Origin: Candidatus Eiseniibacteriota bacterium
GTDB taxonomy: Bacteria; Eisenbacteria; RBG-16-71-46
Direction: 5' to 3'
Assembly (NCBI GenBank): GCA_031370785.1
Contig: JANMQY010000058.1
Coordinates: forward strand, 32,001-96,000
Length of the DNA: 64,000 nucleotides
Positions 10,769 to 20,744 of the stretch are shown one piece after another. Within the stretch, counting starts at the first letter, position 1, and every line of letters starts with the position of its first letter. A program made the position numbers and the translations under genes. The notes under the pieces were generated by a model. It saw only the letters and a program-made list of their open reading frames with translations. It was not told where the DNA came from and did not search any database.

Positions 10769-11928
10769 ACCCGCCACCGCGCCTGCGCGTTCTGTTCGTG
10801 GTGGGCAACTTCGTCGCGGGCGGAGCCGAGCGCCATCTGCTCGAGCTGTGGCGGCGCATCGACCGCACGCGCTTCGAGGTGGAGATCGCGTGCTTCCGGC
10901 GCGAGGGTCAGTTCAGCGCCGAAGTCCTGGGGCTGGGCTGGCCGGTCCACGAGCTGGGCGTGGGCCGCCGCCTCTACGGACCGGCCGGCGTTCGCGCGCT
11001 GGCGCGTCTCGCGAGTCAGGTCCGCCGCTTTCGTCCCGATGTGATCCACGGCTATCTGTTCGGTCCGAACCTGCTGGCGGTGCTGGCGGGACGACTGTGC
11101 GGGGTGCGCGCGGTGGTGGTGGCCAAGCGCAATGTGGATGCGTTCGAGACTCCGCGCCAGCGTGCGATGCAGCGCTGGATCCACCGAAACGCGACGCACG
11201 TCACCGCGGTGAGCGAGGCAGTCGCCGACACGGTTGCCGCGATGGGTGTGCCGCGAGAGCGCATCACCGTGATTCCGAACGGCGTGGACACCGCACGCTT
11301 CATCGTCCATGCGCCTGGCGCCGATGGCGGCGGCCGGCGCGCCGCCCTTCCCGAGCGCTGGCCGTTCGATGGCGACGGCACGCCGCTGGTGGGCAGCGTG
11401 GGCTGCCTCGCCGCGCGTAAGGACTACGCGACGCTGGTGGATGCGCTTGCCCTGCTTGGCGCGCGTGGCATTCCGTTCCGGGCCGCCCTGGTGGGCGATG
11501 GGCCGGAGCGCGCCGCGCTCGAGGCACGCATCGCGGCGCTGGGCCTGGCGGACCGCGTCCGCCTGCTCGGGGAGCGGGCCGACGTCGAGCGATTGCTGCC
11601 CGAAATGAACGTGTTCGTGCTCTCGTCCCGCGAAGAGGGCATTCCCAACGCGCTGCTCGAGGCGATGGCCGCCGGACGCGCCGCGGTCGCGACCGCGGTC
11701 GGCGGCACTCCGGAGGTGTTGCGCGATGGCGAGACCGGATGGCTGGTGCCGCCGGGATCACCCGTGGCGCTGGCCGATGCGCTGGCCGACGTGCTCGCGA
11801 GGCCCGAGGAGGCACGGCGCCGCGGCGCGGCGGCGAGGCGGATGACAGAGCAGAACATGAGCATCGACGCCATGGCACGGCGCCACGAGTCGTTCTACGC
11901 GCAGGCGGCGGGGAGGGCAGTCGCGTGA
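10765..11928 (+). CDS. Glycosyltransferase family 4
   Basis: GGAERH, IPNGVD and EGIPNALLEAMAAG motifs. Confidence 0.92.
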   Translation: MNPPPRLRVLFVVGNFVAGGAERHLLELWRRIDRTRFEVEIACFRREGQFSAEVLGLGWPVHELGVGRRLYGPAGVRALARLASQVRRFRPDVIHGYLFGPNLLAVLAGRLCGVRAVVVAKRNVDAFETPRQRAMQRWIHRNATHVTAVSEAVADTVAAMGVPRERITVIPNGVDTARFIVHAPGADGGGRRAALPERWPFDGDGTPLVGSVGCLAARKDYATLVDALALLGARGIPFRAALVGDGPERAALEARIAALGLADRVRLLGERADVERLLPEMNVFVLSSREEGIPNALLEAMAAGRAAVATAVGGTPEVLRDGETGWLVPPGSPVALADALADVLARPEEARRRGAAARRMTEQNMSIDAMARRHESFYAQAAGRAVA

Positions 11929-13166
11929 CCTCGGTGGCCTACGTCACCACGACCTTTCCTACGCTTGCCGCGTTCGTCGAGAGCGAGGTGGCCCGCCTCC
12001 ACGCGCGCGGCGTGCGGGTGCGTGTATTCACCTTGCGCGGCATCGGGCACGAATACCAGCCGGCCCACGCTCACCTTCTCCCGCTCACCCGCTCGGTCGG
12101 GAGCGTTTTCGATCCGGCATCGTGGGCCGCGCTGCTCGGCTGGCTGGTGCGCCGGCCTCACGTGCTGCTCCGCGAGAGCGCGATCATGCTGTGGGCATCG
12201 CGCGGCAGCCTCTACGCTTTGATCGGACATCTCGGCTACCTGCCGGCCGCGGCGTGCGTGGCGAGCCTGGTCGAGCGCGAGGATCTCGAGCGCGTGCACG
12301 GCGCATGGGCACACTTCCCGGCCAGCGTCGCCTACCTGGCTTCGCGGCTCACCGGGAGGAGCTTCAGCATGTCGGCCCACGCCGGGGCGGACCTGTATCG
12401 CACCCAGGCGTTCCTCGCGCACAAGGCGCGCGCCGCGGACTTCACCTCGGCGTGCGTGCGCGGCAATGCCGAAATGCTGCGCACGCTGGCCGGTCCCGGG
12501 GCGCGCGTCGAATGGATCTATCACGGCGTGGATCGCGCGCGCTTCGACGGTGCGGGGCGCGTTCGCGCCGAGGAGCCGCTGCTGCTCGCAGTCGGCCGGC
12601 TCTCGCCGCCCAAGGGCTTCGACGATGCGCTGCGCGCGCTCGGCATTCTCAAGCAACGTGGGCTGACCCCGCATCTGGCGATCGTGGGCGACGGGCCGCA
12701 GCGCGGGACGCTCGAGGCGCTGGCACGCGACCTGGGTGTCGCCAAGCAGGTGGAGTTCCTCGGCAGTCTCACCCATGAAGCGCTGGTGCCGCTGTATCGT
12801 CGCGCGTGGATGCTGCTGGCCCCGAGCCGTGTGCTCGCCAACGGCCGGCGCGACGGCATTCCGAACGTGGTGATCGAGGCCATGGCGATGGGCGTCCCCT
12901 GCGCCGGCACGCGCGCGGCCGGACTGGAGGAGGCGATCGTGCACGGCGTGAACGGCGCGCTGTGCGCCTCCGGAGATGCGACCTCCCTGGCCGATGCGAT
13001 CGAGCCGCTGCTGCGCGAGCCGTCCCGGTTGGATGCGCTGGGGTCCCGGGCGCGCGCCGACGTGGGCGAACGGTTCGATGCGGAGCGGAACTTCGAGCGG
13101 CTGTTCGCGCTCTTCGAGCGTGGGGCCGCAGCGGGCGAGGCCGCGCCCCGGGTGGCGGCGCGATGA
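11925..13166 (+). CDS. Glycosyltransferase family 4 (WcaL-like)
   Basis: YVTTTFP, AHAGADL, KGFD and DGIPNVVIEAMAMG motifs. Confidence 0.9.
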   Translation: MTSVAYVTTTFPTLAAFVESEVARLHARGVRVRVFTLRGIGHEYQPAHAHLLPLTRSVGSVFDPASWAALLGWLVRRPHVLLRESAIMLWASRGSLYALIGHLGYLPAAACVASLVEREDLERVHGAWAHFPASVAYLASRLTGRSFSMSAHAGADLYRTQAFLAHKARAADFTSACVRGNAEMLRTLAGPGARVEWIYHGVDRARFDGAGRVRAEEPLLLAVGRLSPPKGFDDALRALGILKQRGLTPHLAIVGDGPQRGTLEALARDLGVAKQVEFLGSLTHEALVPLYRRAWMLLAPSRVLANGRRDGIPNVVIEAMAMGVPCAGTRAAGLEEAIVHGVNGALCASGDATSLADAIEPLLREPSRLDALGSRARADVGERFDAERNFERLFALFERGAAAGEAAPRVAAR

Positions 13167-14389
13167 GTCGGGCGCTGAAAGTGATGCACGTGATCGAGGC
13201 CATGCACCAGGGTGGCGCCGAGTCGCTGGTGGTCGAACACGTGCGGCACGCCGGGCCCGGGGTCGAGAGCACGGTGTGCGCGCTCAACCGAGGAGGGCCG
13301 GCGCTCGAGCAGGCGCGCGCGCTCGGCGCATCGGTCGATGTGCTGCGCCGCCCGGGACGCGCCGGAGTGCAGGCGCGCGCCGGCGGGCTGCTGGCGCTCG
13401 CGCGCCGCATGCGGGAGGAGCGCATCGACGTCGTGAACGGGCACAATCCGACCGGAGCGTTGTACGCGGTCGGCGCCGCGGCGCTGGCCGGGGTACACGC
13501 GGTGCTGCGCACCGAGCACAGCCTGCACTACCCGGGGCGCCACTCGGCGTTCTATCCGTGGCTCGAGCGGCTGGCGACACATCGGACCGCCGCGGTGGTG
13601 TGCGTGTGCGAGGCGGTCCGGGAATCGCACGTGCGCCGCATGGGCGATCTCGCCTCGCGTTTCGTGACCATCATGAACGGCGTGGATGAGCTGCCCGCGG
13701 GCGAGCCGGGCGCTGCGCGTGCTGCGGGCCGCGCCGCACTCGGACTGGCGCCGGAGGATCTGTGTGTGCTCAGCGTCGGCAGCCTCACCCGGCAGAAGGC
13801 CCATCACGTTCTGATCGACGCCTTCGCGCGGGTTGCCGGGAGCAGGCCCCGAGCCCGGCTGCTGATCGCGGGCGAGGGCCCGCTGCGCGCCGCGCTCGAA
13901 GAGCGCATCGCGGCGGTCCAAGCTCCGGCCGCTGCCGGCGACGCACCGGCCGGCGCCCGTGCTTCGGGCGCGCGCGTGCGACTGCTCGGTGCGCGTGAGG
14001 ATGTCGGCGCCCTGATGCAGGCCGCGGACCTGTACGCGCTGAGTTCCGAGCGCGAAGGGCTCTCGGTCACCCTGCTCGAGGCGATGCGTGCTGGGCGCGC
14101 CGCGGTCGCGACGCGCGTGGGCGGAAACGGCGAGGCGATCGCCGAGGGCACGAGCGGCAGGCTGGTTCCAGTGGATGATGTCGCGTCCTTCGCGGAGGCG
14201 CTCGCTTCGCTGCTCGACGATCGCGCGCGACGTGAGGCGATGGGCCACGCGGCGCGCGAGCGCTTCCTCGAGCGCTTCACCGCCGAGCGCATGGTGGCCG
14301 AGACCGAGGCGCTCTACCGACGCGCGCTCGGCGGCCCGGTCGAGGCTCCGCTCGGAGCCGCGGGAGAGGGGCGTCATGCGACTGCTTGA
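13163..14389 (+). CDS. Glycosyltransferase family 4
   Basis: GGAESL, TEHS, NGVD and EGLSVTLLEAM motifs. Confidence 0.92.
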   Translation: MSRALKVMHVIEAMHQGGAESLVVEHVRHAGPGVESTVCALNRGGPALEQARALGASVDVLRRPGRAGVQARAGGLLALARRMREERIDVVNGHNPTGALYAVGAAALAGVHAVLRTEHSLHYPGRHSAFYPWLERLATHRTAAVVCVCEAVRESHVRRMGDLASRFVTIMNGVDELPAGEPGAARAAGRAALGLAPEDLCVLSVGSLTRQKAHHVLIDAFARVAGSRPRARLLIAGEGPLRAALEERIAAVQAPAAAGDAPAGARASGARVRLLGAREDVGALMQAADLYALSSEREGLSVTLLEAMRAGRAAVATRVGGNGEAIAEGTSGRLVPVDDVASFAEALASLLDDRARREAMGHAARERFLERFTAERMVAETEALYRRALGGPVEAPLGAAGEGRHATA

Positions 14390-15503
14390 GCCGACCGGCA
14401 GAGTGACCATGCGCCTCGCGGCGGTAGGCGACGTCGCCGTGCTGGCTCGCGCGCGCGCCCGCGCCCACCGCGACGGCTTCGATGCCCCGCTCACCGCGCT
14501 CGCACCTGCGCTGCGCTCGGCCGACTGGGGATTCGCCAATCTCGAATTCCCGGTGGCGGAAGCCGCGTGGGTGGAGCCCGGACGCGCGGCCGAGTTCCAC
14601 CACGATCCCGAGCTGCCGGCGGCGCTGGTCCGCGCCGGCGTGCGCGTGGTCTCGCTCGCGAACAATCACCTGATGGACTGCGGCGAGCGGGGACTCCTGC
14701 GGACGCTCGAGACCTGTCGCGCGGCCGGGCTCGAGGCGATCGGAGCGGGGCCGGACCTGGACGAGGCGCGCCGCCCTGCGAGGTTCGAGCTGGCGGGACG
14801 CCGGGTGCGAGTGCTGGCCTACGCGACACCGTCCGAGAATGCCGCCACCTCGTCGCGTGCGGGATTCGCGCCGCTGGAAGAGAGCGTGGTGCGCGCCGAT
14901 CTCGAGCGCTGGCGCGGCGAGGCCGACCTGCTGGTGGTGAGCGCGCACTGGGGGTCGATGTACGTCGACTATCCGCCACCGCGCGTGATGGAATGGGCGG
15001 AGCGTCTGGAGCGATGGGGCGCCGACCTGGTGCTGGGGCATCACCCGCACGTCATGCAGGGCTTCCGCCGCCACGGAAGGGCGCTGACCCTGTTCAGCCT
15101 CGGCGATGCGGTGTTCGATCCGGCCGCGGGAGATTTCGAGGCAACGATCGCCGGCGTATCGCGCCGTGAGAGCGCGGTGTTCACCGTGCTCATCGCGGAT
15201 GCGCCAGGGCTCGACCTGGCGCCGCTCGCACTGGACGCGACCGGAGTGCCTGGGCTCGCGACCGGCGCCGAGGGCGAGGCAATCGCCGCGCGGCTGGTTC
15301 GCCTGAGCGCGGGGCTCGAGGACGCGGGCGCGCGCTTCGCGGCAGAGTCCGCGCCGCAGCTGCTGCGCTACGAGCTGGAGAGCCTGGGCACCTACCTTCG
15401 CCAGCGCAGGTTCGGGCGCGTGGCCCGCCTGCTGGGTTCGGTGCGGCCGCGCCACCTGCCTCTGCTGTGGAGCGCGCTGCGCCGCATGGGGAGGTCGACG
15501 TGA
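14376..15503 (+). CDS. CapA/PGA_cap family metallophosphoesterase-fold protein
   Basis: AVGDV, ANLE, SLANNH, HWG, GHHPH and FSLG motifs. Confidence 0.85.
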   Translation: MRLLEPTGRVTMRLAAVGDVAVLARARARAHRDGFDAPLTALAPALRSADWGFANLEFPVAEAAWVEPGRAAEFHHDPELPAALVRAGVRVVSLANNHLMDCGERGLLRTLETCRAAGLEAIGAGPDLDEARRPARFELAGRRVRVLAYATPSENAATSSRAGFAPLEESVVRADLERWRGEADLLVVSAHWGSMYVDYPPPRVMEWAERLERWGADLVLGHHPHVMQGFRRHGRALTLFSLGDAVFDPAAGDFEATIAGVSRRESAVFTVLIADAPGLDLAPLALDATGVPGLATGAEGEAIAARLVRLSAGLEDAGARFAAESAPQLLRYELESLGTYLRQRRFGRVARLLGSVRPRHLPLLWSALRRMGRST

Positions 15504-16531
15504 CCGCGTCACTGAAAGTGTGGCGAACGCGCGAGACTCCACCGGAAGGCTTTCTCGCGGCATGGAACGCCCGGCTCGCGAATACTCCGAATGCGCACTT
15601 CGGATTCGATCCGGCGGCGATCGCATGGGAGGCCGGGCGCGGGCGGCACTCGCTGTGCGCGTGCGTGGACGAGGCGGGTCGCGGCGGGCTGGTGGTGCTG
15701 CGCGAAGAGCGCGGCGGATGGGTCTCGGGCTGGCCCTGGCGCTGGCAGCTGGCGGTCGAGGACGCGGCGCGACGCGATCCGGCCGGGCTCACCCGGGAGG
15801 AAAGCGAATGGTTGTTCTGTCACGCCGCGGCGCTCGCGGGCGGGCGGTGGCTGGTGTGTCACGTTCCGCACCCGGCTCCCCACGCCAGACCGGCGTTCCT
15901 TGCCGGAGCAACGCTGCTGCGCCGGCTCGACATGGACGACGATGCAATCCTGCGATCGCTCGACACGAACAAGCGCCGGCAGCACAAGCGGGCGCTGAAG
16001 GAGGGCTTTAGCGTGGTCGTGGCTTCGACTCACGAGGAGATGGCGGCTTTTCACCGGCTGCAGGGCGAGACCGAGCGCCGGCGCGGAAATGCGAGCCAGA
16101 CGACTCCCGACGCTCCGGCTCCGGGCGAATCGTGGCGGGAGTGGGAGCTGCCGTGGATGTGGCTGCTGGTTGCGGTGCGCGATGGCGTCGTCCAGGCCGG
16201 GTCGGGCTTCGGAATGCGGCCACACGGCGCGCTCGACTACCGCACCAATGCTTCGACGCTCGAGGCCAAGCGGGCGGGCGCGAATGTGCTGCTCGCGATC
16301 GAGGCGTTGCGCCGCGGCCGCGATCACGGCTGTCACTGGATGAACTGGGGCGGTGTCACCGAATTCAAGCGCGAGATGGGCGGCGAGCGGGTCGAGGTGA
16401 CCTGCCGCCTGGGTGGCGGAGCGATCTGGAGCTTGCACAATCACGTGACCGGGATGCTGCATGTCGCGCGGCCGAAGCTGGCGGCGTGGTGGCGTGGCGT
16501 GCGCGCGGCGCGCGAGAAGGAGCCGGCATGA
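15500..16531 (+). CDS. FemAB-like / GNAT family transferase
   Basis: DDAILRSL..KRRQHKRALKEG, ANVLL..EALRRG and FKREMGG, typical of FemAB/GNAT acetyltransferase-like proteins in EPS loci. Confidence 0.7.
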   Translation: MTASLKVWRTRETPPEGFLAAWNARLANTPNAHFGFDPAAIAWEAGRGRHSLCACVDEAGRGGLVVLREERGGWVSGWPWRWQLAVEDAARRDPAGLTREESEWLFCHAAALAGGRWLVCHVPHPAPHARPAFLAGATLLRRLDMDDDAILRSLDTNKRRQHKRALKEGFSVVVASTHEEMAAFHRLQGETERRRGNASQTTPDAPAPGESWREWELPWMWLLVAVRDGVVQAGSGFGMRPHGALDYRTNASTLEAKRAGANVLLAIEALRRGRDHGCHWMNWGGVTEFKREMGGERVEVTCRLGGGAIWSLHNHVTGMLHVARPKLAAWWRGVRAAREKEPA

Positions 16532-17382
16532 TGACGCAGGCGGCAGCGAAGAGCGCATTCGAGGATTTCGTGCGCTGGACCATCCAGGTGGAACGGCCGG
16601 CGCATGCCACGTTCCTGCCCGAGGGTGAGCGCGAGGCCTTCGGAAACTACTACCGGAATCTGCCCGCGCCTGCTGACGAGCGCGCGATCCGCCGCTATCT
16701 GCGCGGCTTCTGGCGCGGGGATGCGGGATGGACCGCGCGCTGGCTGGCGCGGCGCGATCGGCCGCGGGTGATGGACGCCGGATCCGGCTTCGGCACCTAC
16801 TCCATGCTCTACGCCGCGGTCGGCGCGGATGTGGTCGGCGCCGATCTGAGGCCCGACCGGCTGAGCGCGGCCGAACGCCGCGCGAAGTTCTATCGCGAAT
16901 CCACCGGACGTCCGCTCGAGGTGCGTTACACGCGCGCCGATCTCACCCGCGACTGGGAGCGCGACGTGGATCTGGTGTGGGTGTACAACGCGCTCTCGCA
17001 CATCGACCCGCTGGACGGCTTCCTGCAGGCGGTGCGCGATCACCTGCGCCCGGGAGGAGTGCTGGTGGTGGGCGACATCAACGGCGCGCACCCGGAGCAC
17101 ATCGCGCGTCTCTCGAGGCTGCGCGACGAGGTGCATCAGGAGTACGTGGCTCCGGACGGACAGCGCCACGCCTACGCGGTCGAACGCACCTTCCCGCCGC
17201 GCGAGATGCGCGAGGTGATGGGAGCGAACGGCCTCAAGGTCGTGCACCATGAGCTGTACTGGGGCGGGCTCGGCGCCGCTCCCGAGCCGCTCTACGCCGG
17301 CGTCCTTCAGCCGCTCCAGTCGCTGTGGTGGCTCGGTCATGCCTCGGCGCGTCGCCAGCTGGTCGTGGCGGCGAAGGCCTAA
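16528..17382 (+). CDS. Class I SAM-dependent methyltransferase
   Basis: VMDAGSGFG motif I, GADL, and HLRPGGVLVV. Confidence 0.85.
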   Translation: MMTQAAAKSAFEDFVRWTIQVERPAHATFLPEGEREAFGNYYRNLPAPADERAIRRYLRGFWRGDAGWTARWLARRDRPRVMDAGSGFGTYSMLYAAVGADVVGADLRPDRLSAAERRAKFYRESTGRPLEVRYTRADLTRDWERDVDLVWVYNALSHIDPLDGFLQAVRDHLRPGGVLVVGDINGAHPEHIARLSRLRDEVHQEYVAPDGQRHAYAVERTFPPREMREVMGANGLKVVHHELYWGGLGAAPEPLYAGVLQPLQSLWWLGHASARRQLVVAAKA

Positions 17383-17395
17383 GGGAGGGCGACCG

Positions 17396-19201
17396 GTGCG
17401 TGTCCTGTTCATCACCCAGTACTGGCCGCCCGAGACCGGCGCCGCACCGGCTCGCGCGCTGCATTTCGCGCGCGCCCTCGAACGCGCGGGGCACGAGGTG
17501 CGGGTGGTGACCGGGCTTCCGAATCATCCGTCGGGCGTGATCCGCCCCGAGTACGCCCGGGTGCGTCGCGCCACGGAGCGCGATGGCGGGCTCGCGATCG
17601 AGCGCGTGTGGCTGCACTCGACCCCGCGAAAGACACCTTTTACCCGCCTGTGGAATCACGCCACCTTTGCGTGGAGCGCGCTCCCGGTCGCGCTCGGCGG
17701 ACCGCGCCCGGACGTGGTGTTCGCGACCACTCCTCCACTCTTTCTCGGGGTGGTTGCCTGGCTCGCTTCCGTCCGCAACTCCGCGCCGCTGGTGATCGAC
17801 GTGCGCGACGACTGGCCGCGAGCCGCGGTCGCCCTCGGAGAGATGAAGCCCGGGCTCGCGACTGCCGCGCTCGGCGCGCTGGCCGGATTCCTCCACGCGC
17901 GCGCCGCGCGCCTGATCGCGGTGACGCCGGGCATGAAGCGCCAGCTCGAGGGCCGCGGTGTCGCGGCGGGCCGCATCGAGCTGATCACCAACGGCGCCGA
18001 CACCGAGCGATTCACGCCGGCTGCCGAGCGCAACGGAGGCGGCCCGTTCACGGTGCTCTACGCCGGCACCCACGGGCTGGTGCACGGCATGGAGGTGCTG
18101 CTCGATGCGGCCGCGCGCCTGAAAGGACGCGACGACATCCGCTTCCTGCTGGTCGGCGATGGAGTGGCCAAGCCGGCGCTCGAGCGCCGCGTTGCCGAGG
18201 CGCACCTGACCAACGTCGAATTCCGTCCGAGCGTCTCTCCCGAGCAGCTGGTCGAGGTGATTCACCACGCCGACGCATGCGTGGCCACCACCCGCGCTCA
18301 CGAATTCTCGGGGGAAACCATTCCGGTCAAGCTGTTCGACTATCTGGCGTGCGGACGCCCGGTCGTGGCCGCGGTGCGCGGCGATGCGGCCGAGGTCCTG
18401 CGCGCCTCGGGCGGAGGCGAGGTGGTGGCGCCGGGGGACGGCGCCGCGCTCGCCTCGGCGATCGAGCGCCTGGTCGCGGACCCCGCTCATCGCGCGGCGC
18501 TCGCCGCCGCCGGGCCGCCGTTCGTCGAATCCCACTACTCGAGGCGCGCGCTCGGAAACCGCCTGGTCGCGGTGCTCGAAGAAGCGCATCACGCCGCGCA
18601 TGGCCGGGCGGTCGCGCCGAGGCCATCGGGCGCATACGGCACGCTCAAGCGCGCGCTCGACCTCGCGATCGCCGCGACCCTGCTGGTGGTGCTGTCACCG
18701 GTGTTGCTGATCACCGCGCTCGCGGTGCGCATGGATTCCCCGGGTCCCGCGCTGTTCCGCCAGCGTCGCATTGGAAGAGGCTCGAGCGAGTTCACCATTC
18801 TCAAGTTCCGCACCATGACGGTGGGGACTCCCGATCTCGCCACCCACCTGATGACTCCGGGAACGAATCGGGTAACGCGCCTCGGCCGTCTGCTCAGGCG
18901 CACCAGCCTCGATGAACTGCCGCAGCTCTGGAACGTGGTGCGCGGCGACATGAGCCTGATCGGACCGCGCCCCGCGCTGTTCAATCAGCACGATCTGATC
19001 TCGATGCGGCAGTCCGCCGAAGTGGATGCGCTGCGGCCCGGAGTCACCGGCTGGGCCCAGGTGAACGGCCGCGACGAAATCCCGATGCGCGACAAGGTGG
19101 CGTTCGACCGATATTATCTGGAGCATGTGTCGCCGGGGCTGGACCTGGTCGTCGGGCTGCGCACTCTGGTCACCCTGTTCTCTTCGCGTGGCGTGTACTG
19201 A
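17396..19201 (+). CDS. GT4 (WbuB-like) glycosyltransferase fused to a C-terminal initiating sugar transferase (PGT)
   Basis: GTG after AGGGAGG. GT4 part: ITQYWPPETGA, PNHPSG, PVKLFDYLACG. PGT part: LKRALD, KFRTM, SLDELPQ, GPRP, PGVTGWAQVNGR. Confidence 0.9.
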   Translation: MRVLFITQYWPPETGAAPARALHFARALERAGHEVRVVTGLPNHPSGVIRPEYARVRRATERDGGLAIERVWLHSTPRKTPFTRLWNHATFAWSALPVALGGPRPDVVFATTPPLFLGVVAWLASVRNSAPLVIDVRDDWPRAAVALGEMKPGLATAALGALAGFLHARAARLIAVTPGMKRQLEGRGVAAGRIELITNGADTERFTPAAERNGGGPFTVLYAGTHGLVHGMEVLLDAAARLKGRDDIRFLLVGDGVAKPALERRVAEAHLTNVEFRPSVSPEQLVEVIHHADACVATTRAHEFSGETIPVKLFDYLACGRPVVAAVRGDAAEVLRASGGGEVVAPGDGAALASAIERLVADPAHRAALAAAGPPFVESHYSRRALGNRLVAVLEEAHHAAHGRAVAPRPSGAYGTLKRALDLAIAATLLVVLSPVLLITALAVRMDSPGPALFRQRRIGRGSSEFTILKFRTMTVGTPDLATHLMTPGTNRVTRLGRLLRRTSLDELPQLWNVVRGDMSLIGPRPALFNQHDLISMRQSAEVDALRPGVTGWAQVNGRDEIPMRDKVAFDRYYLEHVSPGLDLVVGLRTLVTLFSSRGVY

Positions 19202-19218
19202 CTGATGGAGGCCCTGCC

Positions 19219-20103
19219 ATGAGCGTGCAATCGGTGAGCGTCCGTCCGGCCGAGACGGCAGTGAAAGGCCGCGGCTGGGCGATTGCGCAGGCCGTGGCAC
19301 TGGTGGCGCTGCTCGTCGCCACCTATCACCGCACCGCCGTCGAGCTGTGGACCATCTGGACCACCAACGACAACTATTCGCACGGTCCGCTGATCCCGCT
19401 GACCTCGGCGGCGCTGATATGGCTCAGGCGGCACGACCTGGCGAAGGCGGGGGCACATCCCGCCGCGCGCGGGATCGCGGTGCTGGCGCTGGGCTGCACG
19501 ATGCAGGTGCTGGGCATCCGGGCCGACCTGTTCGCGCTCGAGGGCTGGTCGCTGATCGTGGTGCTGTATGGACTCTCCCTCACCTTCCTGGGAGTGCCCG
19601 CCACCAGGGTGCTGGCGTTCCCGATCGGCTACCTGGTGTTCATGCTCACCTTCCCGCCGATCCTGATGAACCAGATCAGCTACGCGCTCAAGGAGATCAC
19701 CGTGCAGCTCTCGACCCGTGCCGCCGAGGCGCTGGGGGTGACCCTGCAGCGCAGCGGCATGACCCTCTACCTGGGCAGCGGCGAGCTGCGCATGGAGAAT
19801 CCGTGCAGCGGGCTGCGCTCGCTGCTCGCCCTGCTCGCCACCGGCGCGGTGTTCGCGTACGTGCAGCCCGGCGGATGGTGGCGCAAGGCAATCATCCTGT
19901 TCTCAGCGGTTCCAATCGCGATGATCGGCAACGCGGTGCGCATCACGCTGGTCATCGTGGTCGGGCACTATGTCGGGGTGAAGGAGGCGGCCGGTCAGTT
20001 CCACGACCTGTCGGGCTACGTCATCTATCTGGTGGCGTTGATCGGGCTGATGGGCGTGCGCGCACTGCTCACGCCCAGGCCCCGTGCAAAGGCGGCACAA
20101 TGA
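19219..20103 (+). CDS. Exosortase (EpsH family)
   Basis: About 8 TM helices; NYSHGPLIP; catalytic triad Cys (NPCSGLRSL), Arg (NAVRI) and His (FHD). Confidence 0.92.
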   Translation: MSVQSVSVRPAETAVKGRGWAIAQAVALVALLVATYHRTAVELWTIWTTNDNYSHGPLIPLTSAALIWLRRHDLAKAGAHPAARGIAVLALGCTMQVLGIRADLFALEGWSLIVVLYGLSLTFLGVPATRVLAFPIGYLVFMLTFPPILMNQISYALKEITVQLSTRAAEALGVTLQRSGMTLYLGSGELRMENPCSGLRSLLALLATGAVFAYVQPGGWWRKAIILFSAVPIAMIGNAVRITLVIVVGHYVGVKEAAGQFHDLSGYVIYLVALIGLMGVRALLTPRPRAKAAQ

Positions 20104-20744
20104 TCCGGTTCGTCGCGGCGCTCGCGCTGCTCGCCATGACCGCAGGCTACGTCGTGCTCCATCCGCCCGAGAACCTCGCGGCGGGACGCGGTGCGCTCAC
20201 CTCGACTCCGGCGCGATTCGGCGCGTGGAACGGCACCGAGCTGTCGTTCGAGGATGCGGTGATCGACGAGCTCAAGGCCGACGCGGTGCTGATCCGTCGC
20301 TACGAGCGCGATCAGGAGGTTGCATGGCTGTGCATCGTGTACCACCAGAACCGTCGCTACGGCGCGCACGAACCGCAGCTGTGCTACGAGTCGCAGGGCT
20401 ACATCGTGGAGCGTCCGGGGCTGCACCGTCTGGACGACGGCAGCCCGGCCGGTCTCGAGGTCAACAGGTTCGTGGCCGAACGCGCGCACGACGATCGCCT
20501 GGTCTACTACTGGTGGACGACCGCCGGGCTGACCACGACCGACAAGAACGCGTTTCGCAACCGCATGGCGATGGCAGGAGCGCTCGAAAACCGCTCGTGG
20601 GGTGCTTTCGTGCGAGTCGAGGCGCTGATCCGTGACGGCAACGAAGCCCGGACCGCCGCGGCGCTCGACGAGTTCGCGGGCAAGGTGGCGCGCGGCCTTC
20701 CCGCGGTCTTCGCTGCCGCCCAGAGCGGGAGCCGTCCCTCGTGA
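20100..20744 (+). CDS. EpsI family exosortase-associated protein
   Basis: Follows the exosortase; P..FGAWNG, AHEPQLCYESQG and VYYWW motifs. Confidence 0.85.
   Translation: MIRFVAALALLAMTAGYVVLHPPENLAAGRGALTSTPARFGAWNGTELSFEDAVIDELKADAVLIRRYERDQEVAWLCIVYHQNRRYGAHEPQLCYESQGYIVERPGLHRLDDGSPAGLEVNRFVAERAHDDRLVYYWWTTAGLTTTDKNAFRNRMAMAGALENRSWGAFVRVEALIRDGNEARTAAALDEFAGKVARGLPAVFAAAQSGSRPS

Noticed and set aside
14376..15503. Poly-gamma-glutamate capsule synthesis
   Set aside because: Only a CapA-family domain is present; capB and capC are absent from the window.
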